Source: Psilocybe cubensis
Taxonomy: Eukaryota
Length of the DNA stretch: 64,000 bases
Reading direction: 5' to 3'
Assembly (NCBI GenBank): GCA_017499595.2
Contig: CM039001.1
Location: 3,968,001-4,032,000 of the forward strand
In this document: positions 26,485 through 38,754 of the stretch, one piece after another
How positions within the stretch are numbered: position 1 is the stretch's first letter
Layout of the letters: every line of letters begins with the position of its first letter
The notes under the pieces: generated by a model
Seen by the model: the letters and a program-made list of their open reading frames with translations, nothing else
What the model was told of the DNA's origin: nothing
The model's database searches: none
Position numbers and translations under genes: made by a program

Positions 26485-29090
26485 CTACAAGTCCATACTC
26501 CAACTATCGCCACACAAGCTTGTGTATGCCGGAGGAAAATCGACCACTACATCCTCTTCCGTTGGCAGATGCATTGTGACTCCACTATCCACATGAATTT
26601 GGGCAGAAATGCGAGGAGGCATCGAGGATGCTGGAAGAAAAGTTTGCTGAATTTCCACTCGCCCGACCTGTGCTTGTGATTGACCACGAGAATTGAGTCG
26701 ATCCTTTCCAGTCTTTTCTTTCGCGGCTTTAGAATAGGGAATAGAGGGATAATTGATGAATGGGGAAACGTGCACACCCGTAGGAGCTGGGTCGATACTG
26801 TCAGAACAAAATGGCTTTGATTCAAAGCGGCGTTTTCTCCTCCGGTAGTGCAATGACCCGACCAAAAATGATGTTGCGACCAATATGATGCAAATAGCTA
26901 CCGCAGCTGTATAGGCATCTCTGTGTGATTTTGAGTGTACGAGAATGGATGATGTTGGAAGAGAAGTCGACGTCGTCTGTGCTGGGGGCGACTGCGCTGG
27001 GGGAGGCGGATCAACACTAAGGACATTTTCCGTTCCAGTCACAAGAAGGGAATACAGAGCGAGAGGAGTAGTGGTGCTATCTCCGTGATAAACAATGCGA
27101 ATACTATGGTTTCCTGGCGCCACTTGGTACGTCTGAAATATTGTCTGCGCCGTGGAGGTATCTAGTACCAATGTCGCTAAATTACACACCGTGAAGTTAA
27201 CGTGGGCGCCACCATCTAGTGAATAAGACGCGATAGCTGGAATATGCGAGCGAGCCACACGATTTCCACCTAGCCCAGCAACCGATGTTCCTATGCCTAA
27301 AATGAAACAGAAATGCGGGGTTCCGACAAACCAAACGCACCAGTAAAATTGAACACAAACGAAGCATCTGGGGTTATTGTACTCCATAACGAATAGTCAC
27401 GCCAGTCATCTGTGCCCCAATCTGTGTGTGGGCCCAGCGAATCCATGACGGTATGGCTGTCCGTTTGCACATTTAATGCCAAAGTATAAACTTCTTTCCC
27501 CATACATATAAGTTGCAATTTTGATTGAACTCAACTACATACCTTGGTGTCCCGGTTGTAGAGAAATGGTTTCCGAGCATAGAAGAAATTATCCCGATCA
27601 TTGTCTTTGCATGCCCTTCAGTTTGAATGGGAGCTGCACACATAAGGGTATGCTACCCGTACATAAAAAATTCAGTACCATAGTCTGTGGCCCTCTCCGC
27701 ATGTATCTTAATTTTTGTCCGAAGATATAGAGTTGTCCAGAAGAACATTATGCGTGCCGTCCGTGCCGTAGAGGCGTGGGAACTCGACTTGTGTCCCGCT
27801 TTGCAGTGGATTGCTACTTGTGAAGACAGTAGGATGGTCGTTACAAGATTATACAATTCATTAGGAGCATAATTTCATACATTAAAATAACATAAGACTA
27901 CATATAGGCTATTCCAATGCAATTTTCTGTCTTCAACCTCAACGTTAGGCCTTTTTAAGCCTTAGCACGCAAAGCACTCGTATCACATTATGAAGACAAT
28001 CTACTTATGCAATCAGCATTCACAGGAGGATATTTACTGATTGTATAAATGTGAATCTTTTGAAGTGTTCAATCAGCGTGTGTCGACAGGCATACAGGCA
28101 ATGAACTGTAATTTGTGTCCTTATTTGCCGAGATTTGCCGATTCTCACGATGTCTAGGCATGCACGGCATCGACAGAATGCCGAAAAATGACAGTATATC
28201 TTCGGGATGAAGAAAGGTAGAAATAATCATACGAGGAACCTTCAGATATAAGTGAGGGAACAAAATATGTGTAAAAGGGAGTGTTTGCCCTATGTAAGGG
28301 ATTGTGATTTGTATATGTGGGCACCAAAACTACATGTATGGTACTGAAAATTGTATCCGAGGGTGCAACCTATGAATGTATGGATACAAGATTTATATGT
28401 TCGGAAACCACCTTTCTCTATACTGGACACCAGATTATGTATATGGAATTGTGCATAATTGCGACTTCTATGTATGGAAAAAAAAGTTTATAGATTGGTA
28501 TTAAATGTGCAAACGGACAGCCATAACGGACAGCCATATGACGGTGGTCATTACGTATTCCATAACCCCCATTGTTATTTCTTCCGGTCTTGAAAAAGAA
28601 GGAGAAAATCTTGCGAAATCAAATGCGACTGGGTTGTCTTTCGAACCAACCACTGTTACTGTGAGAAAATGCGACGATGATTCGTTCCCCAATATTGGAC
28701 CGTATTCGAATATTGGACCGTATCCGACAGAAAGGCTAAAATTTGGCTCTTCCCCCGGAGCAAGACCTACAACCATTGAGGAATTCGAATCAATCTGATA
28801 TCCATCCACGGTGCCATTCCATACTCCATCCACTGGTGACAATCCCCAAATATCAATCCAGGTGCCTAAAGTTTCCATTGGACTTGGAGATAAGGGAAAC
28901 GAGCCTATTAAATCTGACCTTGGAACGTAACGGTAAAAGATGCCTGTTGGAAAGTGATATGAGCCGTGTTATTGAACGGCCTACCTGTGACTGTAAAATT
29001 GAGTAAGGAGGTATCTGTTATCCATTTTCCTTCTTCATAAACGATGCTGGGATCAGTATCATCGACGACGACGTTGTCGGGCGGAGACAT
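26485..29090 (-). pseudogene. Single-pass receptor-like membrane protein gene disrupted by a TIR element
   Basis: The 5' half starts MSPPDNVVVDDTDPSIVY at 29090. The 3' half has a TM segment, RRRKRR, HVDSG and PPAY. Removing the element and one TSD restores the frame (MEYVMTTVMDSLGPHTDW). Confidence 0.85.
27453..28537. mobile_element. Non-autonomous TIR DNA transposon (1085 bp) with 8-bp TSD ATGACGGT
   Basis: ~68-bp imperfect TIRs beginning ATGGCTGTCCGTTTGCACATTTAAT. TSD copies at 27445-27452 and 28538-28545. No transposase ORF seen inside. Confidence 0.92.
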
Positions 29091-30789
29091 TGAAGAGGGA
29101 AAATCTACACTGGAAGGGTTTCTAAAACGCAAATAAGCACCTTCACGCTTTTATTGGGGATTCTGGACTTATTCTCGTTCTTATACTGCAGCCTAATCAA
29201 CTAAAGGCGACAGGTCAAATGAACCGACTGATGATGGCGACTGGGGTAGTAGCAGTCAGAATTTATAGATCTAACTTTTAAATATCAATATGGATTTGGT
29301 GGAGGCAGCAAAAAGGCCTGTAAGGGATGGGAAGTGCTGTGTATGATCCGCTAAACGCCAGGAATCAGTACAAAATACATGACACGGACGTGAAAAGTCA
29401 AAAATGTAAATTCCTTCTAAAATTCTTAGAAGTTTCACCATCAGAATCTTGACAACTTGACAGGTAATTCACTTTCTTCAGATTCCTGAGATTTGCACGA
29501 AGCTGTAGTATGAACGCTTTCAAAGTCTGGTAACCTTCTTTTTGATTAAATGCTTGATTAGATTCATAAGTTCTTTCTGTTTCTTCACCCCTTTAAGTTT
29601 CCTCTCTCTCGCCTCCTCTATGAGCAAAATCTCCACACCGGTTGTTGATCCCACCCTCCTCTTCTCTTCCTTTCTTGTATCTGGTTCATCCACAATGGAT
29701 TCTACTCAAGAGCTCTGGTGCTTGATGGATCAATTCATCAAAGAGGCTCTTTTGTATGGACGCTTCTATACGGGGCCCGATGTCCTCCTGATAATGAAAA
29801 TGAGCTGTCAATTTCAATCACTACTCGATTGCACCTCATGAACTTGAACATTCTTACCACATGGATAGTATGCCTAAGAGATCCGCCAGCGTCAATAATT
29901 TGAGATCGCACAACCCTTGTTCACATCCATTATTTTCTCTTCCTTCTACATCGCAGAGTGGACTTATCGCGTGAGAATTACTTTGAATTTCATGTGCTTC
30001 AAGTTGCTCTAGCATGCGTGATAGAAACCTGTATTTTTCAATTTTTAGAGGAGATGCTTGTCCTCGGTTCAGTCAAAGACGACTCTAATTGGGTACCATC
30101 GCGTTTTACATTATAATTCCAACATCTGGACGGTGGAAGTGATAGATGGCATCAACGAATCATGCATAGCGACGAGAAGTCAGGTAGTAGGTGTCTCAGC
30201 GCACTTGATATCTAATTATCTCACTAGAAGTGGTTTGGATCTCTGGTAATCTCAACTGATGGCAACTGGGTATACAAAACCCTGCGTGACAGCTGCGAGC
30301 TTGAAGTGGTCACCTCGTGCAACTTGCGTTGGGCCCAAACTGTTATTCTACATGATCTTACAGAGATATAATGGTGTTGCACAATCAAGGGGTTACCGGT
30401 CTTCAAAAATCGGACACGACGTTGGTTTTTTTTTTTTGAGGGTGATTTGCCCAACCTACCTACCTCTACCTTCCATATATAGTAGTTTTACATATTTTAC
30501 ATAAGCATTAGTACTATATAATGACGACCGTTCTTGTGCAGAAAATCTGGACAATTACTGATATACTGTGTCAATGTCAATTAAGATAAGGCGTGGACTC
30601 GAAATGAAATAATAGGAATCAAAGTTCCGCATAACACACTAGAGTTTGTTGTATTACTCGAGTAATCCACAGAAGCCGATACATCCTGATACGGAGATAA
30701 CATACTTGAGAACAATCGTGGTTGACTCGCCAATGTTAGTAAATTAGTAAGGTTAGCTTTGGTAGCATATTAGTTCGAAACACCGATTA

Positions 30790-31877
30790 TCAATAGACCA
30801 TCACGTCTAAGCAGGAGCAGGTACCAGCTAGAGACCCATCATAGTGTATGCGAAATCCAGCCAAACACCAAGGTGCGTCGTGAGCAGATGAGCGACAAGA
30901 AAGGTCAAGATCTGCCAGTGCGGATGAGGTTTTGTGGGAGTAGAGAGGCATAAAAGAGCCCAGATCAGGATCCACGTCGATAGCAAAAAGAGAGAAGCGA
31001 TCGGGCTCCATCATGTTTCTAAGACCTGGCCATGTAATCTCTGTAGATATTCACATAATCTTTTAGCGAGGCGTGTATCAGTTGTATATTGTCTATTACC
31101 TTGATCTTCGAGAGAGCCAGCCACGAGGAACTGGCATAGAGGGCGCGCTGCCGTATAATATACATCTTCCGGATTATCTGAATGCAGAAACAATTCACAA
31201 GGGAATGAATTGAGGCTTATCGAGGGACTTGACGGTGTGCTATAATTGCATAGATGCTCTTTTGGCGAAATATATGCGTGATCCTCGTCTGTAATGATCT
31301 TCATCGTATCTTTATCGGCCATTATAGGACTTGAAGGAGCAATGGTTGAATCCATGGAAAAGTAGGTGTCGTCAGAGCCGGGTATATGCGTCTCCGGTGA
31401 AGTAACTGTATGGTCATCGTCGCCCACATGGTCCTCCCCTGGCTCAGTGCAATCCAGAACGACGACCTTTGGTTCCTCCTTAATAATCGGCGCAGGAATT
31501 AGAGGAGGATTTCCAACTTCAAGCTCATAGGTATCTCTAGGAATCGAAAACTTCAACTTTTTCGCCACCTTTCGTCGTCGATACCACCAGTTATTCACGT
31601 TGACAGGGTTCAAGCCTCGAGCAAGCGCCCAAGCTTTCCGTGATTGCACAGACGGAATGCGCGGGTTCTCCGGCCATATCTTGTTCAGCTCGTCAAAATG
31701 CACCGGCATAATTGGTTTATACTGTGTGGCTAGTGGAATCTATATTGCAGTCAAACTGTAAAAGCATACGATTCTGGCAATTCTCAAAATGTTTGATACC
31801 GGTTCGAGATCAGAGTATTCCTTTCTGAACGGCTTTTCCTTCTCAGATTGGTTTAATTCAGTTGGCTCGTCGTCCAT
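30790..31877 (-). CDS. Divergent homeodomain-like protein (copy 1, full length)
   Basis: Exons 31800-31877, 31100-31739 and 30790-31040 join in frame. ELNKIWPENPRIPSVQSRKAWALARGLNPVNVNNWWYRRRK follows homeodomain helix spacing. Confidence 0.7.
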
Positions 31878-32443
31878 CTGAGGGCCAGGGAACGTAAATA
31901 TTGCGAGCAGTATGGAAATGGACAAGAAATGGATGGAAACCGACAAAAAGAGTCGGACCTTAAAAAAGTTAAAATACGATGAAATCAGTCATGTGATCGT
32001 GTCACCATATATAGATGATAGCGCCCAACATTTTCGTCGTCTTGGTATCGACTTACTATCCATCTTGCATCTATCTGTCGTTTCTTTGAGGACCTGACAT
32101 TTGGTGCGAACTTGGGTTACCAATGGATATCAATCGTGCAAAAAATATGACCTGGAAAATTGATTTTATCACCTCTGGCGCGTGCGCTGTACGAATGTAC
32201 TTACTACTAAGTTACTATAGGCTGGGTGGAGGACTTCTTAAGCAATGTATGTTAAAGGTGTGTGGTGCACTAAAGTAGTCACAGGGCGTTGAGTACCAGG
32301 TTTCCTAGACCGGTATCTAATGCATGACATATTTTCATATGACTGGTGTCAATACTTTTTCTGCCAGGAAATATCCCACGTACTGGGGATAACAGTAATG
32401 TTGAACAACATACGAGCGGTTTCCATTCGTCTGCAGACCCAGC

Positions 32444-34009
32444 ATGCAGGAAAACTCTCTGAAGCCACCCATTTACACGAAAACAGATGTCGTCGTCGAT
32501 AGCAGTGGGAACATCACACGCGGACCAGATAGCATCGTCGTCGATAACACCAATCCGGTCATTGTCTACGGGAAGGGATGGCAGACTGACAACGGCACAT
32601 TTTCCTCCAATCTACGTCCACGAGGATCTTTCAATAACACTCTTCATGTCGCATTCCAGCGCACTGAATTGCTGTACAACTTTACTGGTGAGACGCCAGC
32701 CATCCGTAGCCTCAACTGATTTAGAATTTTGTCAAACAGGTAGCTACGTAGAGGCATGGGTGGCAGGACCTAATTCTTTTGAGTGTTTTCTAGACGGGGT
32801 GAAGCTGATCTCCTCAAATACAAACACCTCGATCTCCCGAATATGTGCAACCACCACTCTGCCAAAACAACACACACTACAGATAACGGTCAATGGAACG
32901 GCCAAGAATCCGTTTTGGATGGACTTTATTCGATATGTGCCCACCAATTTGACAGATATAAGACCCATACGGAGCGCTTCTGTTAGAGAATATTCCCTAA
33001 CTACGATGCGGCATCATGAACTTTTGTCCCAGCAATGGGACAATCAGGGCTCGTACATTGCATCGACGCTCCCCGGGGCGTCTCTGATTTTCAATTTCAC
33101 TGGTGTGTGCGCCAACAATACAATATGCATACCAACACTGAGAGTACCGCCATCCCAGGCGCTTCCGTGGCTGGCTTAGGAATATACGACAACAAGTTTG
33201 CACACAACTCATCTGTAGGATCATATGCAGTCGATGGCCAGCAACCGACATATTTTTTGATCGAAAATTTATCCTCCAATGAACTATCCTCGCTAAGCAA
33301 TCAAGTGCTATTCCAGACAATTCAATACCCCCCTGGTCCACATCAAATCGAAATAGTATACTACGGTAGTTCAGAGACTGCCCCACTTATTATGACGTCC
33401 TTACTGGTCCACAATCAGACGATGAACTTGGATAATAGTAGCCTCACAGATGTCACTCTGCCGGCAACACCCTCTACCTCAATACCTTTGCCAACAGCCA
33501 CTACCACCACTTCTTCTGGGAAGCAAGGTATCAATAGCTCTGCACCAATCATTTCTGAATTTTGTGGAGCGTTTCTTGGTGTCCTTGGTGTTCTGGGATT
33601 GTTCATTTTGTACAACCGTCGGCGGCGACAATTACGCGAATTGGCAGTAGCAGAAAGGACAGCATCACCTTTCCCAACAATGACAGGGCAATCCGTCGTC
33701 CCGGCCTCAAAGCTCTTGAGACATCTTCGCTTTGACCCAGAGAGGTCTCAAATAACTCCTCCAGAACGTCCGAATCCACTTCGTAAAACGCGCAGGCTGG
33801 TTTCAGCGCATATTTTATCGTCGATCATGCGCACTCGACAGGCCCCTCCTGCACAGATCAATACCGACTCGGATATGAACTCTCGCATACCACGCCGCTC
33901 ACCCTCTCTGCGCTTGCTCGTTCACGAGGATAGTGGTGTGAGACTTCAGCGCCCCATCGAGAACCAGATTACTGTTGTAGAAGTCCCTCCTACGTATACT
34001 CCACTGTGA
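32444..34009 (+). CDS. Single-pass receptor-like membrane protein (485 aa) with beta-sandwich-like ectodomain and PPxY tail
   Basis: Exons 32444-32687, 32740-33102 and 33159-34009. Features: IVVDNTNPVIVYGKGW, S/T stalk, TM segment, RRRR, and VHEDSG...EVPPTYTPL. Confidence 0.88.
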
Positions 34010-34191
34010 AAAGTCAGCGTTGATCATTTAACTACTGTGACATTACAAAAACACTCAGAAATGAGTCAAATTATCAACCATTATATATACAACAAGAGGG
34101 CGGTCTTAAAGAGTTACCAGTCCTCTAGGAAGATTCAAATTGTATAGGGTTGCCGAAGTGCCAAAGGCTAGATTTAGTACTAGTACGTATC

Positions 34192-34805
34192 TTAGGAAAC
34201 GTGATTCTCATCTGTAATGATCGTCATCGTATTTTTATCGGCCATTATAGGACTTGAAGGAACAATAGTCAGATCCATGGAAAAGCAGGTGTCATCAGAG
34301 CCCGGTATATGCGTCTCCGGTGAAGTCACTGTAAAGTCATCGTCGTCCATATGGTCGACCTCCCCTGGGTCCGTGTAGTCCAAAACAACGAGCTTTGGTT
34401 CCTCCTTGATAATTGGCGCAGGAACCGGAGGAGGGTTTCCAACTTCAAGTTCATACGTATCCCTAGGAATCGAAAACTTCGACTTCTTCGCCACCTTTCG
34501 TCGTCGGTACCACCAGTTGTTTACATTCACTGGGTTCAAGCCTCGAGCGAGCGCCCAGGCTTTACGTGATTGTACAGAAGGAATACGCGGGTTCTCTGGC
34601 CATATCTTATTCAACTCGTCAAAATGTACCGGAAGAATGGGCTGAAACTGCGTGGTTTGTGGAATCTATAAATTGCAGTCAAATTGTAAAAGCATACGGT
34701 TCTAGTGATTCTGAGAATGGTTGATACCGGTTCCAGATCAGAATTTTCTTGGTCAACCTGCTTTTCTTTAGCAGATGTATTGAGTTTTGTTGGCCTACAG
34801 TTCAT
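34192..34805 (-). CDS. Divergent homeodomain-like protein (copy 2, C-terminally truncated; possibly a pseudogene)
   Basis: Shares the first intron and an identical domain core with copy 1. Stops at DENHVS where copy 1 continues DEDHAYISPK. Confidence 0.65.
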
Positions 34806-35948
34806 CTAAGAGAAAGAGAAAGTCAATAAGTCAACAAGGTAAGGACGATGCAGATCAGATCACAGGAAAAAGATTAGATATTGTGAGCGAAGCGAGCAAT
34901 TTTCTCCAGTCAAATCTAGTTGTGGTGGCGAAAACCTCGAACAAACAAAGCCAAATTTTACAAGTATTATATTAGACTCGTTAGCCGACGCATACATCCA
35001 CCGGCCTCACCACTTATATTGAAACCCTGCGTTCAAAATCCCACCCACCCTTCAGCTAAATTAGATCTACTTCATTACACAAATTAACAGCACTGCGGCC
35101 AACAGATGACATTACATACATTATTATAACAAACTGTCACTAAATCTGCGGGCAGGTGGCACGAGTTATCTCAATTTTGCTGATTTTGGCCCTCAAATCC
35201 CCGAAACCGGACAGACCTTCTCAGGGGTACTTCCAAATATGGTAATTTATCTCCCCTGCGCACGCCAATCAGTCAACACCGTAAAATTATGGCATTTTCT
35301 CTCCATTTAAACTGAATTTGGAGTGCAAAAATATTCTTTGACTCTGGTAAACGTCCCAATAATCCGCAATTCTGGCCTCAAATCCGCCAGATCCGGACAA
35401 GCCCCTAGGGGAGCCTCCCGGGGCTTACCCCAACATTATCTTTGCCAGTTACTTTATACCAGTAATCTAGAATCATTAGGTCGGTAGAGTAGGAACCGTT
35501 GAGTATATTAGGGCCGGCAAAGCGAGTGCTACCAACACGGATGCCTGCTGCCATTTTTTTCGTCGTCTTGACATCATCGCATCATCAATCACCTGAAGAT
35601 GAATACATTATTTACGTTGAATCCGTGTCATTTCTTTGACTATGGGCCACCAATGTATGATATGGTGAATATGGCAATAAGGACATTGGTACCTATCCAT
35701 TCGAGCTCAATAATCTTTGATTTTCTTTTTCATGGGAGTTATACTGAACTGGGTGTTTTGTAAACGTGTGAGTTGACCAAGTTATGTTGCTTAGAGCCAG
35801 CATTGATATATCTATGCTTAACCTTGATCGAATTTCATCACGACTACTATAAGCACCATCATGATTTTCATGCGGGGCTATATGAATCCAAGGACTGGAA
35901 GCAGCAGAGACGTGCATCCAACTGTTTCCATACCTCATGAGGCTTAAC

Positions 35949-37545
35949 ATGCAGAAAGCAATTCTGAATTCAACCATTCCTACAAACGCAGATGTCGTTG
36001 TCAATTCCAAAGGAATGGTCAAACGTGGCCCAGATAGCATTATCGTTGACGACTCAAATCCAGCCATTTTATACGGGAGTGGATGGCAGACGGATTACGG
36101 CACATCTACTGCCAATGTAAATCCACAATTTCCGTTTAATAGCACACTACATGCTGCGTTCAAGAGCACGGAATTCTCATACAACTTCACCGGTGAGGCC
36201 ATAGCCACTCGTCTCATGGACTGTATCATTGAACACGAACGGTGTAAAACAGGTAGTTATGTAGAGGCATGGATCGCAGGAACAAATGCATTCGACTGTT
36301 TTCTCGATGGGGTGAAGCTGGGCTCATCAAACACGACATCGTCTTCTCATGTGACGGCAGCAACAACATCGCCAACCCCGCTACTCTCCCCAATGTGCAC
36401 AACCACTACAAATGCAGGACAGCACACGCTACGAATACAGGTCAACGGAACTGCTGATGATCCTTTTTGGGTAGATTTTATTCGATATGTGCCAAACAAC
36501 TCGACAAACCTTGCACCCGCCCCCGTTGCCTCGCTTCGAGAATTTTCCCTGACCACAACGAGGAGTGATAAACAATTGTCAGAGCAATGGAATAATCAGG
36601 GCACGTTTATTGCCTCGATGGTTCCGGGGGCAACACTGGTTTTCAATTTTACAGGTGTGTACCCAAGTGTTTCCATGAACTATTTCAGACGCTGAGCGTA
36701 CCAAATCTTACGTGATTTGATCAGGCGCTTCAGTGGCTGGTCTTGGGATTTACAACAACGACTTTGCACATAATTCTTCTGTAGGATCATACGCAGTCGA
36801 TGACGATGATCCGACGTATTTCTTGATCGAGAATCTATCGACCAAGGAGCAAGACTCGTTAAGCAATCAGGTCCTCTTCCAGACACCCCAATATCGACCC
36901 AGTTCACATCAAATCAAAATAATATACTATGGGAACCCAGAGACTGCCCCACTCCTAATGACATCTCTCCTCGTCCACGATCAGATAATGAATTTGGCAA
37001 CTAGAAATGTCTCAAATGCAACCGTGCCGGTGTCATCTTCCCCTACCTCGTCTGCCGGAATGCAAGGTATCGATAGCGCTGGGCCAATTATATATGGATT
37101 ATGTGGAGCCTTCCTTGGTATCCTTGGTATTCTCGCATTATTGGTATTGTACAACCGCCGGCGACGACAATTACGCGATTCGACAGCAGACAGTGCAGTG
37201 TCACCTTTTCCAGCCTTGGCAGGGCCACCCTTCATCCCGCCCTCAAAGCAAATGAGACAGCTTTTCCCCGAGTCAGACCCAGTAATCCCTCAAATCAGTA
37301 CGCCATCACTTCCAAATCCACTTCGTAAAACACGCGGACTGTTTTCAGCTCGAATTTCCCCGTCGATGGTGCGCTCTCGACAGGCGCCTATTGCACAAAT
37401 GAACACCAATCAAAACTCTGGAGATGTACGCCACTCTCCCTCCATTCGCTTACTTGTGCATGAGGACAGCGGCGTGAGACTTGAACGCCACATCGAGAAC
37501 CAGACTACCGTTGTAGAAGTCCCTCCTACGTACACTCCGCTGTGA
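35949..37545 (+). CDS. Single-pass receptor-like membrane protein (488 aa), paralog of 32444-34009
   Basis: Exons 35949-36192, 36253-36654 and 36725-37545. Same intron phases as the paralog and the same C-terminal VVEVPPTYTPL. Confidence 0.88.
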
Positions 37546-37899
37546 AAAGTTTGAATATTCTGGAAATTCTTAGAAATTAATCTGATCATCAGTCTTACCT
37601 GTATAACGAGGATACCGTGAACGGATAATGATGGTAGCATCACTGCCCAAAATTAGTATCTAAGTGCGCTACAACTGGTCACACGACCGTTCCTTTAAAC
37701 ATCACAGAGCACATATCAATGGCATACAGTTATATATGTTTTATGTACCATTTCAATTTCTAAATGCTTTTCACCAAATCTACTTTCAGTAAAAGATGTT
37801 GATGATCACCGCATGAGACTGGACACCAGGCGATGGCTCTGCATATATATTATACCCTTCATACCCATCATACATCCCCAAACTCAACCGCCATTCTGT

Positions 37900-38484
37900 T
37901 TATCTGTCAAAACTATTCCTTTCTTCTTGGTGGACGATGCCCATCCTAGCATCATATATGATCATGACAAATGGACTAAGGTTCCAAACCACCAAGCCAA
38001 CGGTTTCAATGGCACTGCACATAGGACTGAAAGCATAAGTGGATTTACGTACGATTACACAGGTCTGTAAGCGCCGAGCTGATGAACGTCCAATTTTAAT
38101 CTTTGTATGAAATTTTGCACATTTACACAGGAAACTATCTGGAGGTTTAGGGTGTACCGTCGAAGACGAATGCATCTGCATGGACATGTTATCTGGATAA
38201 CAAGCCTATCCCACCAATACACAGCACCAACAGTCGTGTATGCATCATCAAGTCATCAAACACCCGTCATAATCTTCGAGTTCTAGTGCAGGCCACCTCT
38301 TCGAAGCCGGCGTGGTTGGATTTCATTTGTTACCAGACTGATACTGTGCACAACACCAGCTCCATTCCCTTTGGTTCTCGTGAATACAACATCACATTGA
38401 AACATATTCCACATGGCTGGACAAATAACGGGTCGTTTATTTCCACGACGAAGACGGGTGCTTCCTTCAGCTTCAAATTCAACG
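37900..38484 (+). pseudogene. Truncated receptor-like paralog with premature stop
   Basis: LVDDAHPSIIY...W motif and the same two introns. TAG at 38148-38150 falls where the paralogs have Trp. No TM-encoding third exon found. Confidence 0.75.
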
Positions 38485-38754
38485 GTGAGTGCTTCCAGAT
38501 AACCTGTTTGTGAAGTTAGGAACGAAAATTGACGACCCCAATCTGACCTTACTTCCCACGGTTTACTCCGACAATGCCGAGTAGGTGGCACGTTTCCTGC
38601 AGCTGCACGTTCCTAATAATGGTGTACTAGGATCCGTAATCAGCGCCGACGATAACCTTGACATTATTTGTCTTTCACCCATATTCTCGTACTACAGACA
38701 TCAATTCCTATAGGACGACACCCTCAAAGGTAGACTTGATTCAAGACAACTACC

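Noticed and set aside
29542..29990. Possible pseudogene fragment
   Set aside because: Short, frame-broken ORFs with no assignable homology.
30790..34805. Mating-type HD locus
   Set aside because: The two HD-like genes are same-strand duplicates rather than a divergent HD1/HD2 pair, and no MIP or beta-fg neighbour is seen.
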